Assembly: GCF_006345805.1 (NCBI RefSeq)
Contig: NC_043012.1
Coordinates: forward strand, 37,076,001 to 37,140,000
DNA from: Octopus sinensis
Lineage: Eukaryota
DNA length: 64,000 bases
Direction of reading: 5' to 3'
Part shown: positions 1 through 11,903 of the stretch, piece after piece
Layout: the number at the start of each line of letters is the position of its first letter
Numbering within the stretch: position 1 is the first letter of the stretch
Made by a program: the position numbers and the translations under genes
Notes under the pieces: model-generated
Told to the model about the DNA's origin: nothing
Seen by the model: only the letters and a program-made list of their open reading frames with translations
The model's database searches: none

Positions 1-245
1 TGAAGAATTTAGTAAAATAGCCTTGTCGTGTTTGGAACATAAAATGAACTTGAAAATCCGATGAAAGGTTTTAATTTAGATCACTTTAACCCTTTTGTTA
101 CCATATTCCTGTTGGAATACACTGCCTTTGTTCCGGTCAGTTTTGAAAATGGTGAAGAATTTAATGAAATAATTTTGTCATTATTAAGTTAGTGTTTGGA
201 ACATAAATGGACAAGAAATTTTCATGAAAGGTTTTAATTTAGACC
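1..245 (+). mobile_element. Partial tandem units of a TTAA/CCCTT (piggyBac-like) non-autonomous repeat; related copies at ~36480-36765 (-) and ~61010-61275 (+)
   Basis: Repeated ~150-bp unit (gtgtttggaacataaa...gaaaggttttaatttaga) with ttaacccttttgttacc; the same blocks recur at 36.5-36.8 kb and 61.0-61.3 kb. Confidence 0.5.
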
Positions 246-1456
246 CCTTTTTAAGCATAGTTTTTATCTTTATCACAGAACCAGTGGGGAGGGAGGGGGG
301 GTCTCGGGTGTGTCAGAACCAAAAAAGGTTAAGACTGAAATCTGTTAATATTTTAAGTGTCTAATTAAGTTTGTGAAATGTGTTTTTTTTTAAAATTAGC
401 CAAAGGCAATATGTGACAGTCGATGCCTAAATCTGTCAGACACGTCCCCTGTGTTTGGTGATAATCCTAAATCCCATTTTCTAAACATCAAAACACTAAA
501 ACCATGAAACACTAAATCTATGATCGAAAAATATTCATCCCCCCCCCACTTTCATGTTCTTGAAAAATCTTCGTTAAAATGAGAGACAGCAACACTTTTT
601 GTGTGTATGTGTGTGTGTGATCCAGTGATCAATTATTTCAACAACCAATATCACTGATCTAAGATCATTAAGTGCCACAAGATCAGTTACCATTTTCTCG
701 ATCATTCTCATAATTTGCCCCGACAACAAAAGTACAGATTTCATATTCTCCAAACTCCACCAAAATTACATTTATTTCAATTAATCCAATTATATCATGT
801 TATTTAATTATCAATTATCTCATATTAATTAATGTACACAGCAGGCATGGTTTCGTGGTGAAGTTCACTTTTGCAACCATGGTTTCAGGTTCAAATCCTA
901 ATATGTGGCACCTTGGGCAAAGGTCTTTTACCATAGATTTCAGGTCAACCAAAGCCTTGTGAACAAAAAAATTTGGTAGACAATAAGAAACTGTGTGGAA
1001 GCCTGTTGAAGGATCTGTCCTCATCTGAGAGTGGCAGACTGAATTTCCTGTCTGGTTTAATGCCAACGTTTGACCCTTCAATACCCTTAGCAGAACCTAT
1101 TCCCTTACAAGCATACAAGCTAGGTAAGGGGTATGGCCTGGGGCTCACTCGGTCCCTTCTTCCCCATGGTTTGGGAAACCCTGAAAAATGTTATGAGGTA
1201 GAGGAGGGTGGAGTCTACCTTTCCACCTCTGGCGAAAGAATTTAACCTGACAGACCTTTACAGAAGCTGGAAGCAATGTCACACCTTGGAGCTGATGTTG
1301 CTAAATTCTAGGCATTCAGCTTCGTACCTTTTAGTTGAAATAATTAATTTGTAAGCCCGATTCTGTTGCTCTTGCCCCTCTCTCTCTCTCAGACCTTTCC
1401 CATGTTACCATTCTACAAATGCCTTCACTATTTAATCAGGTTGTCATCAAAACTAT

Positions 1457-1494
<38 letters not shown>

Positions 1495-2236
1495 TGATAT
1501 TGGCAGTTTTTTTCCTTTTTTTTACATGTTTAACAAATAGCAACTACAAAAATAGTTGTCGGACATCTTTTGAAAAAAAAGAAACCCCAAAATTTCATTA
1601 GTCTGGTTGTCCATTGTTCCGCTGCACCGATTGATGCAGAAGAATATTTTGTAGTAAGCGTCCTGACAGTTAAACCAAAATTCACAGAGTGTATAACATA
1701 ATACAAGAAACACATGACCACTTTGAAACGCTGGGCTTTACATCGCAAAAACAACAACAACCCCCCACCCCCCAACTTCCAGTGTTTTGTTTCTGACCCC
1801 ACCCCCACCCCACGACCACACTCACACATTCACCTACCCAACCACAGTAACTAGTTATTACTGGTTCCAATACCATTACTGATCTCTTTGGTTTCTCTGT
1901 TCTCCCTAATTCTAAAATGCATCAGGAAAAAACAAAAACAAACAAAAAAAAAACAAGAAAAGAAAAAAAAATAAACCAAGTTAAAGAAACAATAAAGTCA
2001 AAAAAATGTTTACGATTGTTGTTGTTGCTGTTGTTGTTGTTAGAGCTGATTGCACTTTGTTAATTGCATCTTTGTTGTTAATGTCCAAGTCATCTCGTTA
2101 GCAAAGTGTAAGTGCCTCTCAGTTACCTGTCGGATCATCTGGCCAGTTTTTCCATTGCAATTACCTGACTTCCATCCATATTGAGACGCAAGGTCCCCAA
2201 TACACGGCCCCTTCTGGCCTTTGAAGTCAGCTGATG

Positions 2237-2272
<36 letters not shown>

Positions 2273-2504
2273 TTAATATCCATTTTCCATGCTGGCATGG
2301 ATTTGATGGTTTGACAGGAGTTGGCAAGGTTGGAGGGCTGCACCAGGATCCAGTTGTCTGCCGTAGCATGGTTTCTACAGCTGGATGCTCTTCCTGATGC
2401 CAACCACTTTACAAGGTGTACTGGGTGCTTTTTATGACTGCTAACACCAATGCTTTTTACATGACACCAGCATGGAAGTTCCACCGTTTTAATGTCCACA
2501 ACCT

Positions 2505-2792
2505 AATGCCACTGCCACCTGACTGGCACCTGTGTTGGTGGCACATAAAAAGCACCATTCGAGCATGACTGATACCAGTGCTGCCTGACTGGCACCCATC
2601 CTGGTGACATGTAAACAGCACCCACTACACTCTCGGAGTGGTTGGTGTTAGGAAGGGCATCCAGCTGTGGAAACCTTGCCAAATCAGATTGGAGCCTGGT
2701 GCAGCCTCCCAGCTTGCTAGTCCTCATCAAACCGTCCAGCCCATGCCAGCATGGGAAGCGGACGTTAAACGATGATGATGATGATGATGATG
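2505..2792 (+). mobile_element. RTE-LINE-associated non-autonomous repeat (3' tail gacgttaaac(gat)n); representative of >20 copies or fragments in the window
   Basis: ggagtggttggtgttaggaagggcatccagctgt...cccatgccagcatggg...gacgttaaacgatgatgat; the same 3' end is attached to the RTE coding remnant at 45915-46975. Confidence 0.7.
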
Positions 2793-3391
2793 AACCCCAC
2801 TTCTGACAACATATATTGTTTGCTCCTGGCACAAAGGAACAGCTTGGTATGTGACTAAAACCCCTCCTTCTTGGGATGCTCAGTCACAACCCTTACACAA
2901 AAGCCCCTGTAGTTACACTGAAGCTGTTTGAGCGAAACAAAAAAACCTTGCAATGCTAGGAGAAACCTGCCCACTCCCAAAAAACTAAGCAATGTTAACC
3001 AACAACACAACTCCTGTAGGATCCTTATCTGAACTGGAAAATTTGACTCCATGCAATCCTGAATGTATTCCATCTCCTAAACTGCAACTGACATGTTCAA
3101 ATTACAACCCTGAAGCTATTTCGCCAAAATTGCAGTCTTTGCCAAAAAAGGAAAATAAAAAAAAAAATCCTCCAACTTGTCAGAATCCTTCTTTCTCCTG
3201 ACTTCACAACCTGTGATGGGGTCTGTAAGCCTCCGTTGCAAAGACCAACACCTTTGCTGCTTGCTCTACTCCAACTGTTCATTGCACACATTTGAAAATC
3301 TTTTTCACATGGAGCCATTTTCATCCTTTCCAAACCCAGCGGCACACTGGATTTGATAGAACGAACAACAGAAACAGCTGTCGGTGCTCAC

Positions 3392-3481
3392 CTTGCTGAT
3401 AGAATCTGATTAGATGCTGCTGGTCGAAGAGATGAGAGACAGGTGGGGACAAGTGGAACGTTGGTGACCACATACTCTTCT
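3392..3481 (-). other. Candidate 90-nt symmetric exon of an unidentified gene (EEYVVTNVPLVPTCLSSLRPAASNQILSA or KSMWSPTFHLSPPVSHLFDQQHLIRFYQQ)
   Basis: Minus strand: ttttcatgctttatggctcag acceptor, AAG|gtgagc donor, non-repeat sequence, two open frames; no protein family recognised. Confidence 0.2.
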
Positions 3482-3930
3482 CTGAGCCATAAAGCATGAA
3501 AAACCGGGTGTTATGAGGAGAATGATTATATAATTAAAAATACACACATACCTTGTGATATTCCTTCCGGCTCTTTGCACTCCAGGTTCAAATACTGCTG
3601 AAACTGATTTTACCATTTGTTGTTTTAGGCTGATAAACAAAGTAACAGTTATGTTGTTGTTGTTGTTGGTGATGGGGGGTAGGGGTAGATTCTCCCTTTC
3701 TCTACTTCTTTCTTTCTGTCCATCTCTTTCTCTTCTGAAAGACATTGACTTTGCTCAGGCCTGGAGAAGGATGGGCTCTGCATGGTGTAACATGCTTTAG
3801 GCATGCCATAAGACACAATGGTGCCTCTAAATTTATCTGAAGATAAGAACCCAAGAAGAAGAAGACAAACATATATACAAATATATATATATATATATAT
3901 ATATACTTTATTTAAAAGCAGCAGAAATAT

Positions 3931-3983
3931 AACAAAAGCTGTTACTCGGAGTTTCACGTTCCCGTTCGTCGGACGGTTTTGTT
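3931..3983 (-). ncRNA. Minimal type-I hammerhead ribozyme-like motif, core variant CCGACGA
   Basis: aacaaaaccgt CCGACGA acg-ggaa-cgt GAAA ctccgag TA acagcttttgtt; stems I and II and a near-palindromic stem III are visible. Confidence 0.6.
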
Positions 3984-5171
3984 AAAATAGAACCAAAAAT
4001 AACAATCTGATCAAAACTAGCTAAAGGATACACCTTCAAAAATGGATTTGTTTCATTGGTCCTTTCAAATAACGGTCTTAGGCAAGCGATAAACAAAATA
4101 AACAAAATAAATGAGTTCAATATGAATTATTTAAAAAATCGAGGAAAAACCTTAAATCGAAGAGTTGATTCAAATACATATTGTCATTAATTTGATTAAT
4201 ACAATTAATACATGAAAATTAAAATTAAATATATTAAAATGTTTCACAACAGTATATACACATACTAAACCATCAATATACATATATACATCAAAATACA
4301 CAGATAGATGTGCGCAGACCACATACATATACAGACATATAAATGCAAAACGAAAATATACACACAAATCCATGTACACATATGTATACGCAATCTTGCT
4401 CGCATGCAAAAATCACTTGGTGTATACATATAGACTAGAAGTAAAACGCAGAGAGGGGGGAGAAAAGAAAAGGTAACGATCTTATAAGCAACAGAAAACT
4501 AAAGACGGGAGTAAGAGAAGGGGAGAGGGGCGTAAAGTTACAGGACTCAATACAAGTAACGAATAGGGAGAGAAAAAATAATGAAAGAAAGGAAGAAAAA
4601 AAAGTCTGACTATGAGTAACCAATGTTCACAAAATAAAATTACGTATACATGTGTATATAAAAGTGTATATTAGCAGTAAATACACATATAAGAACACAT
4701 ATAAATACATAGAGACAAGTATGTAAAAACACATCCACACAAATCCAAGTGAATACATGCACACATATACAACCATGTATGTGTGTGCATAAGTACAAAC
4801 ATACACACTCACTTACACATATACATAGACGCATGCTTACGAATACATATGCATGCCAATACAAACATTCACATAAAAACATGTCTAGGATCTAGCGTAT
4901 ATACAAACAACATTATTTTTTTTAAAAATTGCTGAGTGCATAATTATAAAAATTTTAGATAAAAGATATGCAAGATATAACACCCTATATTGGATTATCT
5001 ATAAATTAAATGACCAAAGTGGGTTTATAAAATACAATAAAATGAAATAAAATAAGTCGAAGGTTTTTCTTAAGAAATATATCGAAATATATACAAAAAC
5101 TTTGCGATGCAGAATAAAACCTGCATAATATGAAACAAATCCAACAGTGTGGTCAAAAACTAGTCCAAGAA

Positions 5172-5826
5172 TCAAAAAATCGACATTTTTAACTTAGCTG
5201 CATGTCTGCATGAATTTAAGAGTTCGCCTCTTTGATTCAAAGAATTAATGTCTTGGAATAAAATAAAATATTTTTCCAGCAAACATAAGTCGCACTTGAA
5301 ATTCCTCCTATGTGCACCGAGCCTGTATGGTGCCGCTCTATCTAAAATATTCCATGACACGTTGAAAGGTTGGACTTCTTTTTCTTTTAATTCCCAGACA
5401 TATTTCGCCAGGTTGGTCTTCGTCTTTTTTTCTGGGTATTGAAAGGAATTTTTGTGCAAATAAAATCGAGTTTTAAAAGAATTTTTAGTAGCCCCTGTAT
5501 AAGTCTTATTTATATTCAGGTGTGCCTTCTATTTGCACCTTGGCTCTATATACAATTCCATTTTCCAAACATTTCCCTTCCAACGGGCTGGAGGATCCAT
5601 CTTTGCAATTACATTTTTTAAGAGGATCGGCACTATGCTTATTATCATTTAATTTCCTGTTGTGCTGGTTAACGTAAGAGGCAAAGTTCCTGCAACAAGA
5701 ATAGCTGATCTTAAGGGTTCTTCTATGAAATTTATGATCCTTTTGAAAATGCCTAGGGACTAATTTCAAGAATTCCCTACCTATGTTTGTTTTTACGGCC
5801 AAATTGAAAGCTGGGTTGAACCACAA
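5172..5826 (-). pseudogene. GIY-YIG endonuclease domain of a Penelope-like element (frameshifted)
   Basis: ORFs 5506..5826 and 5172..5459 join across one frameshift; the GIVY / YTG / R / E / N motifs of GIY-YIG are present. Confidence 0.85.
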
Positions 5827-5919
5827 AACTTTCCTGGTCCTAGTTCTACGTGTAGCATTACTACTAGCATTAAGTTGGTTATACTGGATCTTATTGTAAT
5901 ATGGTGCAGCATTTATATC

Positions 5920-5951
<32 letters not shown>

Positions 5952-6157
5952 AAATGGAAAGATGAATTTTCTTGTTACAGATTATTCAAAAGTTTAACCG
6001 ATACCTGGGTAGCAAAAATCACAGCAGAAAAAAACACGGTTGGAGATAAGACCATTTGGTGTTGCAACCGTGCGTTGGTGCGGATAATTGAAGTTTAATA
6101 TAATTAGTGAATGGAAGAAATGGAGTTGAACGAAGATTGTACAGAATTCCTTTTATT

Positions 6158-6245
6158 ACATTCTACACATGTTTCAAAGGCCACAATTTTCCAAATTCTG
6201 ATTAAATAAGGATACCATATTGCAGCTTTCTCTTCAGGAAAAACG
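6158..6245 (-). ncRNA. Type-I hammerhead ribozyme-like motif with a long stem II
   Basis: ttc CTGAAGA g aaagctgcaat...attgtggccttt GAAA catgtg TA gaa; canonical core, short stem I. Confidence 0.5.
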
Positions 6246-6660
6246 CAGGAATTACGTTGTCAGAACAAAACAAAACAGAGGCGCAGCAAAGCAATTCGAA
6301 CGAGGACGCTCCTTAAGAGCCCATGGTTAAACTGTTTATCAATATATATAGATATAGATATATATATACACACACACACATATTTATATATATAATTAAA
6401 TTCTGTATTTTGTATATTTTCATCTGTCTTACCCGCTTATGTTCTGGTGTTTGCTGAATTTCTCTAGAGAACATTCTTTTCTTTGTAGTTAGATCATAGG
6501 TGATCTTCTTCTAGCATATTGGATGTCCACTTAGTGGTTATCCCTATTATACGCATGTATTACAATTTTTCAGAATTTTCAGATTTTTCTATATGCTTGT
6601 CTAATGGTTTTAAATTGATATTAATTAAATTAATATTCAATTTATCACCCTCATTATTTA

Positions 6661-6705
<45 letters not shown>

Positions 6706-6859
6706 TATATATATTTAATTGAAGAAAAGAGATGTCAAACTGATGTTACAATCGTTTCCATAAACAAATTTTGTTTATTCCAGACCACACAAAAAGTTAT
6801 ATGATACATGCAACCCATGCAACATAAGTAATAACATGATTGTTTACTCACTTCCTCAG

Positions 6860-6902
6860 GCACAATCAAGTGATGAAACGAGCCTGCAATATAAACTGCA
6901 GG
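6860..6902 (+). other. Candidate 43-nt exon (AQSSDETSLQYKLQ or HNQVMKRACNINCR)
   Basis: tttactcacttcctcag acceptor with a branch-like TACTCAC; CAGG|gtaagt consensus donor; no family recognised. Confidence 0.2.
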
Positions 6903-7474
6903 GTAAGTTTATATCACTTCATGGGGGTGTCAACAGCATGAAGACTGAGCAAATGGATGTAATCTATTATCAACAAACCTCCAAGTGTCAGATAAGAAAG
7001 AAGTCTTACTAAGATAAAAAGATTAAATCAGTTCAACAGATCTTATAGTTCGAAACATAATCCACTTGGCGACATTTTATAAGTAGACACTCTGGTGATT
7101 ATAGATTGTCCGGACTGTACTTGTCCTTCCACTTAATTTATATGTGTGTGTGTGTGTGTGTGTGTTTTCTTGAGTCCTACAACTGATAAAGCTGGTTGTT
7201 CAGTTTCCATGGCACAGAAGCAAGTGAGATCCCAGCATTCCCTTCTGCTGAACAGGATGCTGGTCCGTTGCAGGGTCCAATGTCAGCAAGTTTGAGTGGA
7301 AGGGGACAAGTCAATGGGATTAACCCTTCTACTTGACAATCCTTAATTTTATCAACCCTGAAAGAATGAAAGGCAAGACTGACCTTGGCAGGTTTTGAAC
7401 TCAGAACATAAAGAGCTGGGAGAAAGGCCAACCGCTCTGGGCATGCTGATGATTCTGCCATCTAGCCATATATA

Positions 7475-7882
7475 GGCGCAGGAGTGGCTGTGTGGTAAGT
7501 AGCTTGTTTATCAACCACATGGTTCCGGGTTCAGTCCCACTGCGTGGCATCTTGGGCAAGTGTCTTCTGCTATAGCCTCGGGCCGACCAATGCCTTGTGA
7601 GTGGATTTGGTAGACAGAAACTGAAAGAAGCCTGTCGTATATATGTATATACATATATATATATATGCGTGTGTGTACTTGTGTGCTTGTGTTTGTCCCC
7701 CTAGCATTGCTTGACAACCGATGCTGGTGTGTTTATGTCCCCATTACTAAGCGGTTCGGCAAAAGAGACCGATAGAATAAGTACTGGGCTTACAAAAGAA
7801 TAAGTCCTGGGGTCGAGTTGCTCGATTAAAGACGGTGCTCCAGCATGGCCACAGTCAAATGACTGAAACAAGTAAAAGAGTA
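7475..7882 (+). mobile_element. Full-length tRNA-derived SINE, family A (most abundant family in the window)
   Basis: ggcgcaggagtggctgtgtggtaagtagcttg...ggttcagtccc...cttgggcaagtgtctt (CORE-like)...microsatellite...gactgaaacaagtaaaag; dozens of copies. Confidence 0.85.
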
Positions 7883-8949
7883 AAGAGAGAGAGAGAGTAT
7901 ATGTTTACATGTGTGTGTGTGGAGGTGTGTATGTGTGTGTGGAGGTGGGGGGGTGCAGCTGATCTTAGCAGAAAGGTTTCGTATGTTAGAGGAATTCAAA
8001 AAACCGTGTGCAGAGTTGTGATGTTCATGCCTGTCCACGTGATGTTAATGAAGTGGATTTAAGCAAGAATTGAAACTGAGTCAGCTGGAGATCATTTCTT
8101 GCACCACAACACATGACACACTTGATAACAGATGAAACCCAACTGAATTCTTCATTTCATTTCAATTTCAAAGTCTGAGAACTTCATTTAAGAATTTAGT
8201 TCTGAATTGGTTAAGGAACTTCTCTCATTGTTTCTTTTTTGTTTTTGTTTTGTTCCTCCTCCCCTCCACCCCTTCCAGTTCTTTTAAATTTCAAATGTCT
8301 GTCATCGATGAGATTCTGTAACATTCATTCCTTTGCAATACATTTTATGTCCTTCAAGTAGATTCCTTCTGCTGGTTCCACAGAATAACTGAGGAAGATT
8401 TTCTCTTCCATTGTCTCCACCGCCATTTCTGTGATTCTCCTTTCGTCCCCTTTCACTGAAATATAAAACAAGGAACTAAACATCTTCACATTGGTACCAT
8501 CATGTGGAATTAGGAGAAGAGGAAACTCAGCTTAAATTAATTAGAACAGTCACAAATTAATTAGAATGTTAAAAAATTCAAAATAAAAAAAAATTAAAGT
8601 CTGTTTCAAACCTACAGAACCATTAAATTAGGGTTTGTTCTGGTTTTTGTCATTTTAGTGGCTGAAAGCACAAGACTCACCCTTTGGATGTGGCCCCAAT
8701 CCTCAGCAGAATTAGTCTCGACTCTAACTGGCAAAGGGAAACTTTAGTCACCCTTAACTTCTTTCTCTCTCTTACCAAACTGTCAGCATCGTTGTGCCTA
8801 TTGGAACATCTGGTCATTCCCTCATTGCAAACAGTTTATCACATGTCCAGGTGCTAATGCGATGTCCTTGGCCCGACCAGGATTTTTCTACAGATGTGCA
8901 AACTAGAAAGTGATAAGAATGGAAAGAAAAACAATTCTCTCCAATTAAG

Positions 8950-9250
8950 GAAGCTTAAGGAGAATTCTTGACACCAAGTGTTGCAAAGAATTTGAAATTA
9001 CACTTTTGAAACAAAAACAGGCATCAAGAGGATCAGTGATGAAATAAGATGCGGATATCGGAACTGTATCGGATACGTCCTAAGGAAAAGATCAAGAAAG
9101 CGATTGTATGGTGACAGCCTGAGGGGCAAAGAGCAGCAGGGCACCCTGGAACCAAATGGTGAAGGAGCACTGATAAGGAAAGGAGATGAGGAAGGTGGAG
9201 AAGCTGGAATGAGATGAGAACAGTGAGAGGGAACAGGGCTGCTTGGTGAG
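8950..9250 (+). mobile_element. Highly degenerate RTE-type LINE 3' fragment
   Basis: Remnants of the GHVLRK...EGKR.RG.P.TKW motif in ggatacgtcctaagg...gaggggcaaagagcagcagggcaccctggaaccaaatgg. Confidence 0.4.
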
Positions 9251-9523
9251 GGTCATGCTGCAGCCTTGATTGTGCCTCAAGCCATGGACAGAGCCAAATG
9301 ATGTAATGTGCCCCACCCTCATTCCCCACCCTGACTGATCAGAACCTCTCTTCCTACACTTCCATGCTAATTGTCCTTGGGAGCAAATGTGCATTACCCA
9401 CCAGTTTGTCAGAAACAGACGGAAAGCTGAACGAAGCCACCTTCTTAGGCAAGTTCCTCTACATGCCTACATAGAGTGAAAACTCACCACGCGAGTCCCC
9501 CTCAAGTGGCTCCACTTATAGCT

Positions 9524-9580
<57 letters not shown>

Positions 9581-9995
9581 AGAGCATGGGTTGGACGGTT
9601 TGACAGGAGCTGGCAGAGCAGGTGATAGAGCTAGGCCCTACTCTCATTTAAGGCATGGTCTGTATGGCTAGATGTCCTGAGTGTAGTGGGGTCTTTTTTT
9701 GATGTGGCAAGTAACTTACAAAACAAAACGTCCACCATCTGAGTCGGGGGGGGGGAGAGGTGGTTCTGTGCCAAGGGACAAAGGGGTATACAAACAGGTG
9801 CCTTGCTATAGAGGTGATACATGGCCACCCCAGTTGAAAAAGAGGAAAGAGACGAGAGAATAAACCAACCACATTTGCCATCTGCTTTGAAACCTGACTT
9901 CGAACTCCATTTTCTCCACACTCATTGGGTAAATCAACCCCAATTCTAACACTGACCACTACCGCCACCACCACCACCACCATCATTGCCACCAC

Positions 9996-10470
9996 GATGT
10001 TTTAAAGGATGCAACTATCAACTGATGCAGGTAGTTTGTTCAGAGATGTGCAACCAAACGCATACCCTCCATCAGACACCTACCATACTCTGAGCGCCTT
10101 GTTTCCCTGGGCATGGATTCACTGAAGCTCCGGCGTCTGGCGATGGACTTGGTAAACACCCACAAAGTTATCAACCATCTCACCAACAACAACACTGAAC
10201 ACCTTTTTGATCTCCATGTGTCCAACACACGTGGACATGCCTACAAAGTCAGAAAACAACACAGCTCCCATGACTTTCGGAAACATTTTTTCACGCTCAG
10301 AGTTGCTGAAGCATGGAACAAACTGCCTGCATCAGTTGTTGACTGCCATGACACTGCATCCTTTAAGGCCCTCATGCTTTCCGAAATCCGCCGAAACTAC
10401 ACCTGATTATACATACACTTTAGATGAGTTGTAGTGCACCTGAGCACTGTACACAATGTTTTTATTATTA
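9996..10470 (+). mobile_element. CR1-clade LINE 3' end
   Basis: DSLKLRRLAMDL...SNTRGHAYKVRKQH...RKHFFTLRVAEAWNKLPASVV...FK, followed by 3' UTR and (tta)n tail. Confidence 0.85.
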
Positions 10471-10475
10471 TTATA

Positions 10476-10935
10476 TGATTCAGCAACTCTGAGTGTAAAA
10501 AATGTTTCCGAAAGTCATGGGAGCTGTGCTGTTTTTTGACTTTGTAGGCTTGGCCACATGTGTTAGACACATGGAGCTCGAAAAGGTGCTGAAGGTGGTG
10601 GTTGGTGCAATGGTTAATAATCTTATGGGTGTTTACCAAGTTAGTTGCCAGACGTTGGAGCTTCGGTGTATCCCTGCCCAGGGAAGCAAGGCATTCAGAG
10701 TATGGTAGATGCCTGATGGAGGGGATTCGCTTGGTTGCACATCTCTGAGCAGTTTCCAGAAGAAGGTCAAGGTTCTGAGCAAGTTAGGGGTTCCAGACTG
10801 GTGATGCAAATTCCAAGTGTGGCTGCACCATAGCCATATACAGCCTTAAATAGATAGCCGGAGAGAGGCTGACAAAGGTTTTGCTGAGTGATGCCAAGAC
10901 ACCCTGGGTCTTCTTCACAATTTTAGAGATGTATG
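10476..10935 (-). mobile_element. CR1-clade LINE fragment, inverted next to the previous copy
   Basis: KTQGVLASLSKTF...LRLYMAMVQPHLEFASPVWNP and VNTHKIINH...RKHF. Confidence 0.85.
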
Positions 10936-11441
10936 TCAAATATGACAGGCTTCTTTCAGTTTCCATCTACCAAATCCACTCACAAAGCTTTGCTTGGCCT
11001 AAGGCTATAGTAGAAGACACTTGCCTAAGGTGCCACATAATGGGACTGAACCCGGAACCACGTGGTTGGGAAGCAAGCTTCTTACAACATTGCCATGCCT
11101 GCACTTATATATATATATATATATATATAAATATTACGATATATATGTGTATATATAAATATGTATGTTGCCTGCCGACAGCTTTTATTGTGAAGAGATA
11201 TAATATGAGTGATTATAGTGGCTTTATAGCAGATTTGACTGCTATTTCTAGACATGCAAGGGTTTTTATAACCCTCTCCATTATAAAATTGTGATTTATT
11301 CACAATTAGACATTCTTCTTTAATGAAAACATTTTCTGGATTGCATGTTCTGGCCATTGAAATATACGTCAATAATTTTGAATTGTTTACGATATATCCT
11401 TCGTAATATATTTTTACATTCCTCTTTTATATATATATTTC

Positions 11442-11472
<31 letters not shown>

Positions 11473-11676
11473 ACAAATATATATAACAAATTTAAAAGTA
11501 TGGCTTATTAGCAATTAGAACCTAAACTTTTATGACCTCTATTAATAAATATATATATATATAGGAGGGTAACTTTCTAGGTGCAATCCCATGGTCATTC
11601 ATGACCGAAGGGGGTCTTTTATATATATATCATCATCATCATCGTTTAACAATGATACATATGTATATATATATGT

Positions 11677-11716
<40 letters not shown>

Positions 11717-11759
11717 TATATATATATACATATGTATATATATATGTATACATATATAA

Positions 11760-11801
<42 letters not shown>

Positions 11802-11850
11802 ATATATATTATATATATATATATATACATATGTATATATATATGTATAC

Positions 11851-11903
<53 letters not shown>

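Larger units (their letters stand above)
3900..5915 (-). mobile_element. 5'-truncated Penelope-like element: RT thumb/linker plus GIY-YIG endonuclease remnant, microsatellite-rich 3' region and terminal hammerhead motif
   Basis: Translation RTRTRKVLWFNPAFNLAVKTNIGREFLKL...CNCK...GKCLENGIVY, then after a frameshift near 5510 KTYTGATKNSFKTRFYLHKNSF...LAKYVWELKE...CDLCLLEKYFI...LNQRGELLNSCRH. Confidence 0.88.

Noticed and set aside
973-1245. 90-aa ORF with protein-like composition
   Set aside because: Starts inside a SINE; no family recognised; splice support is weak.
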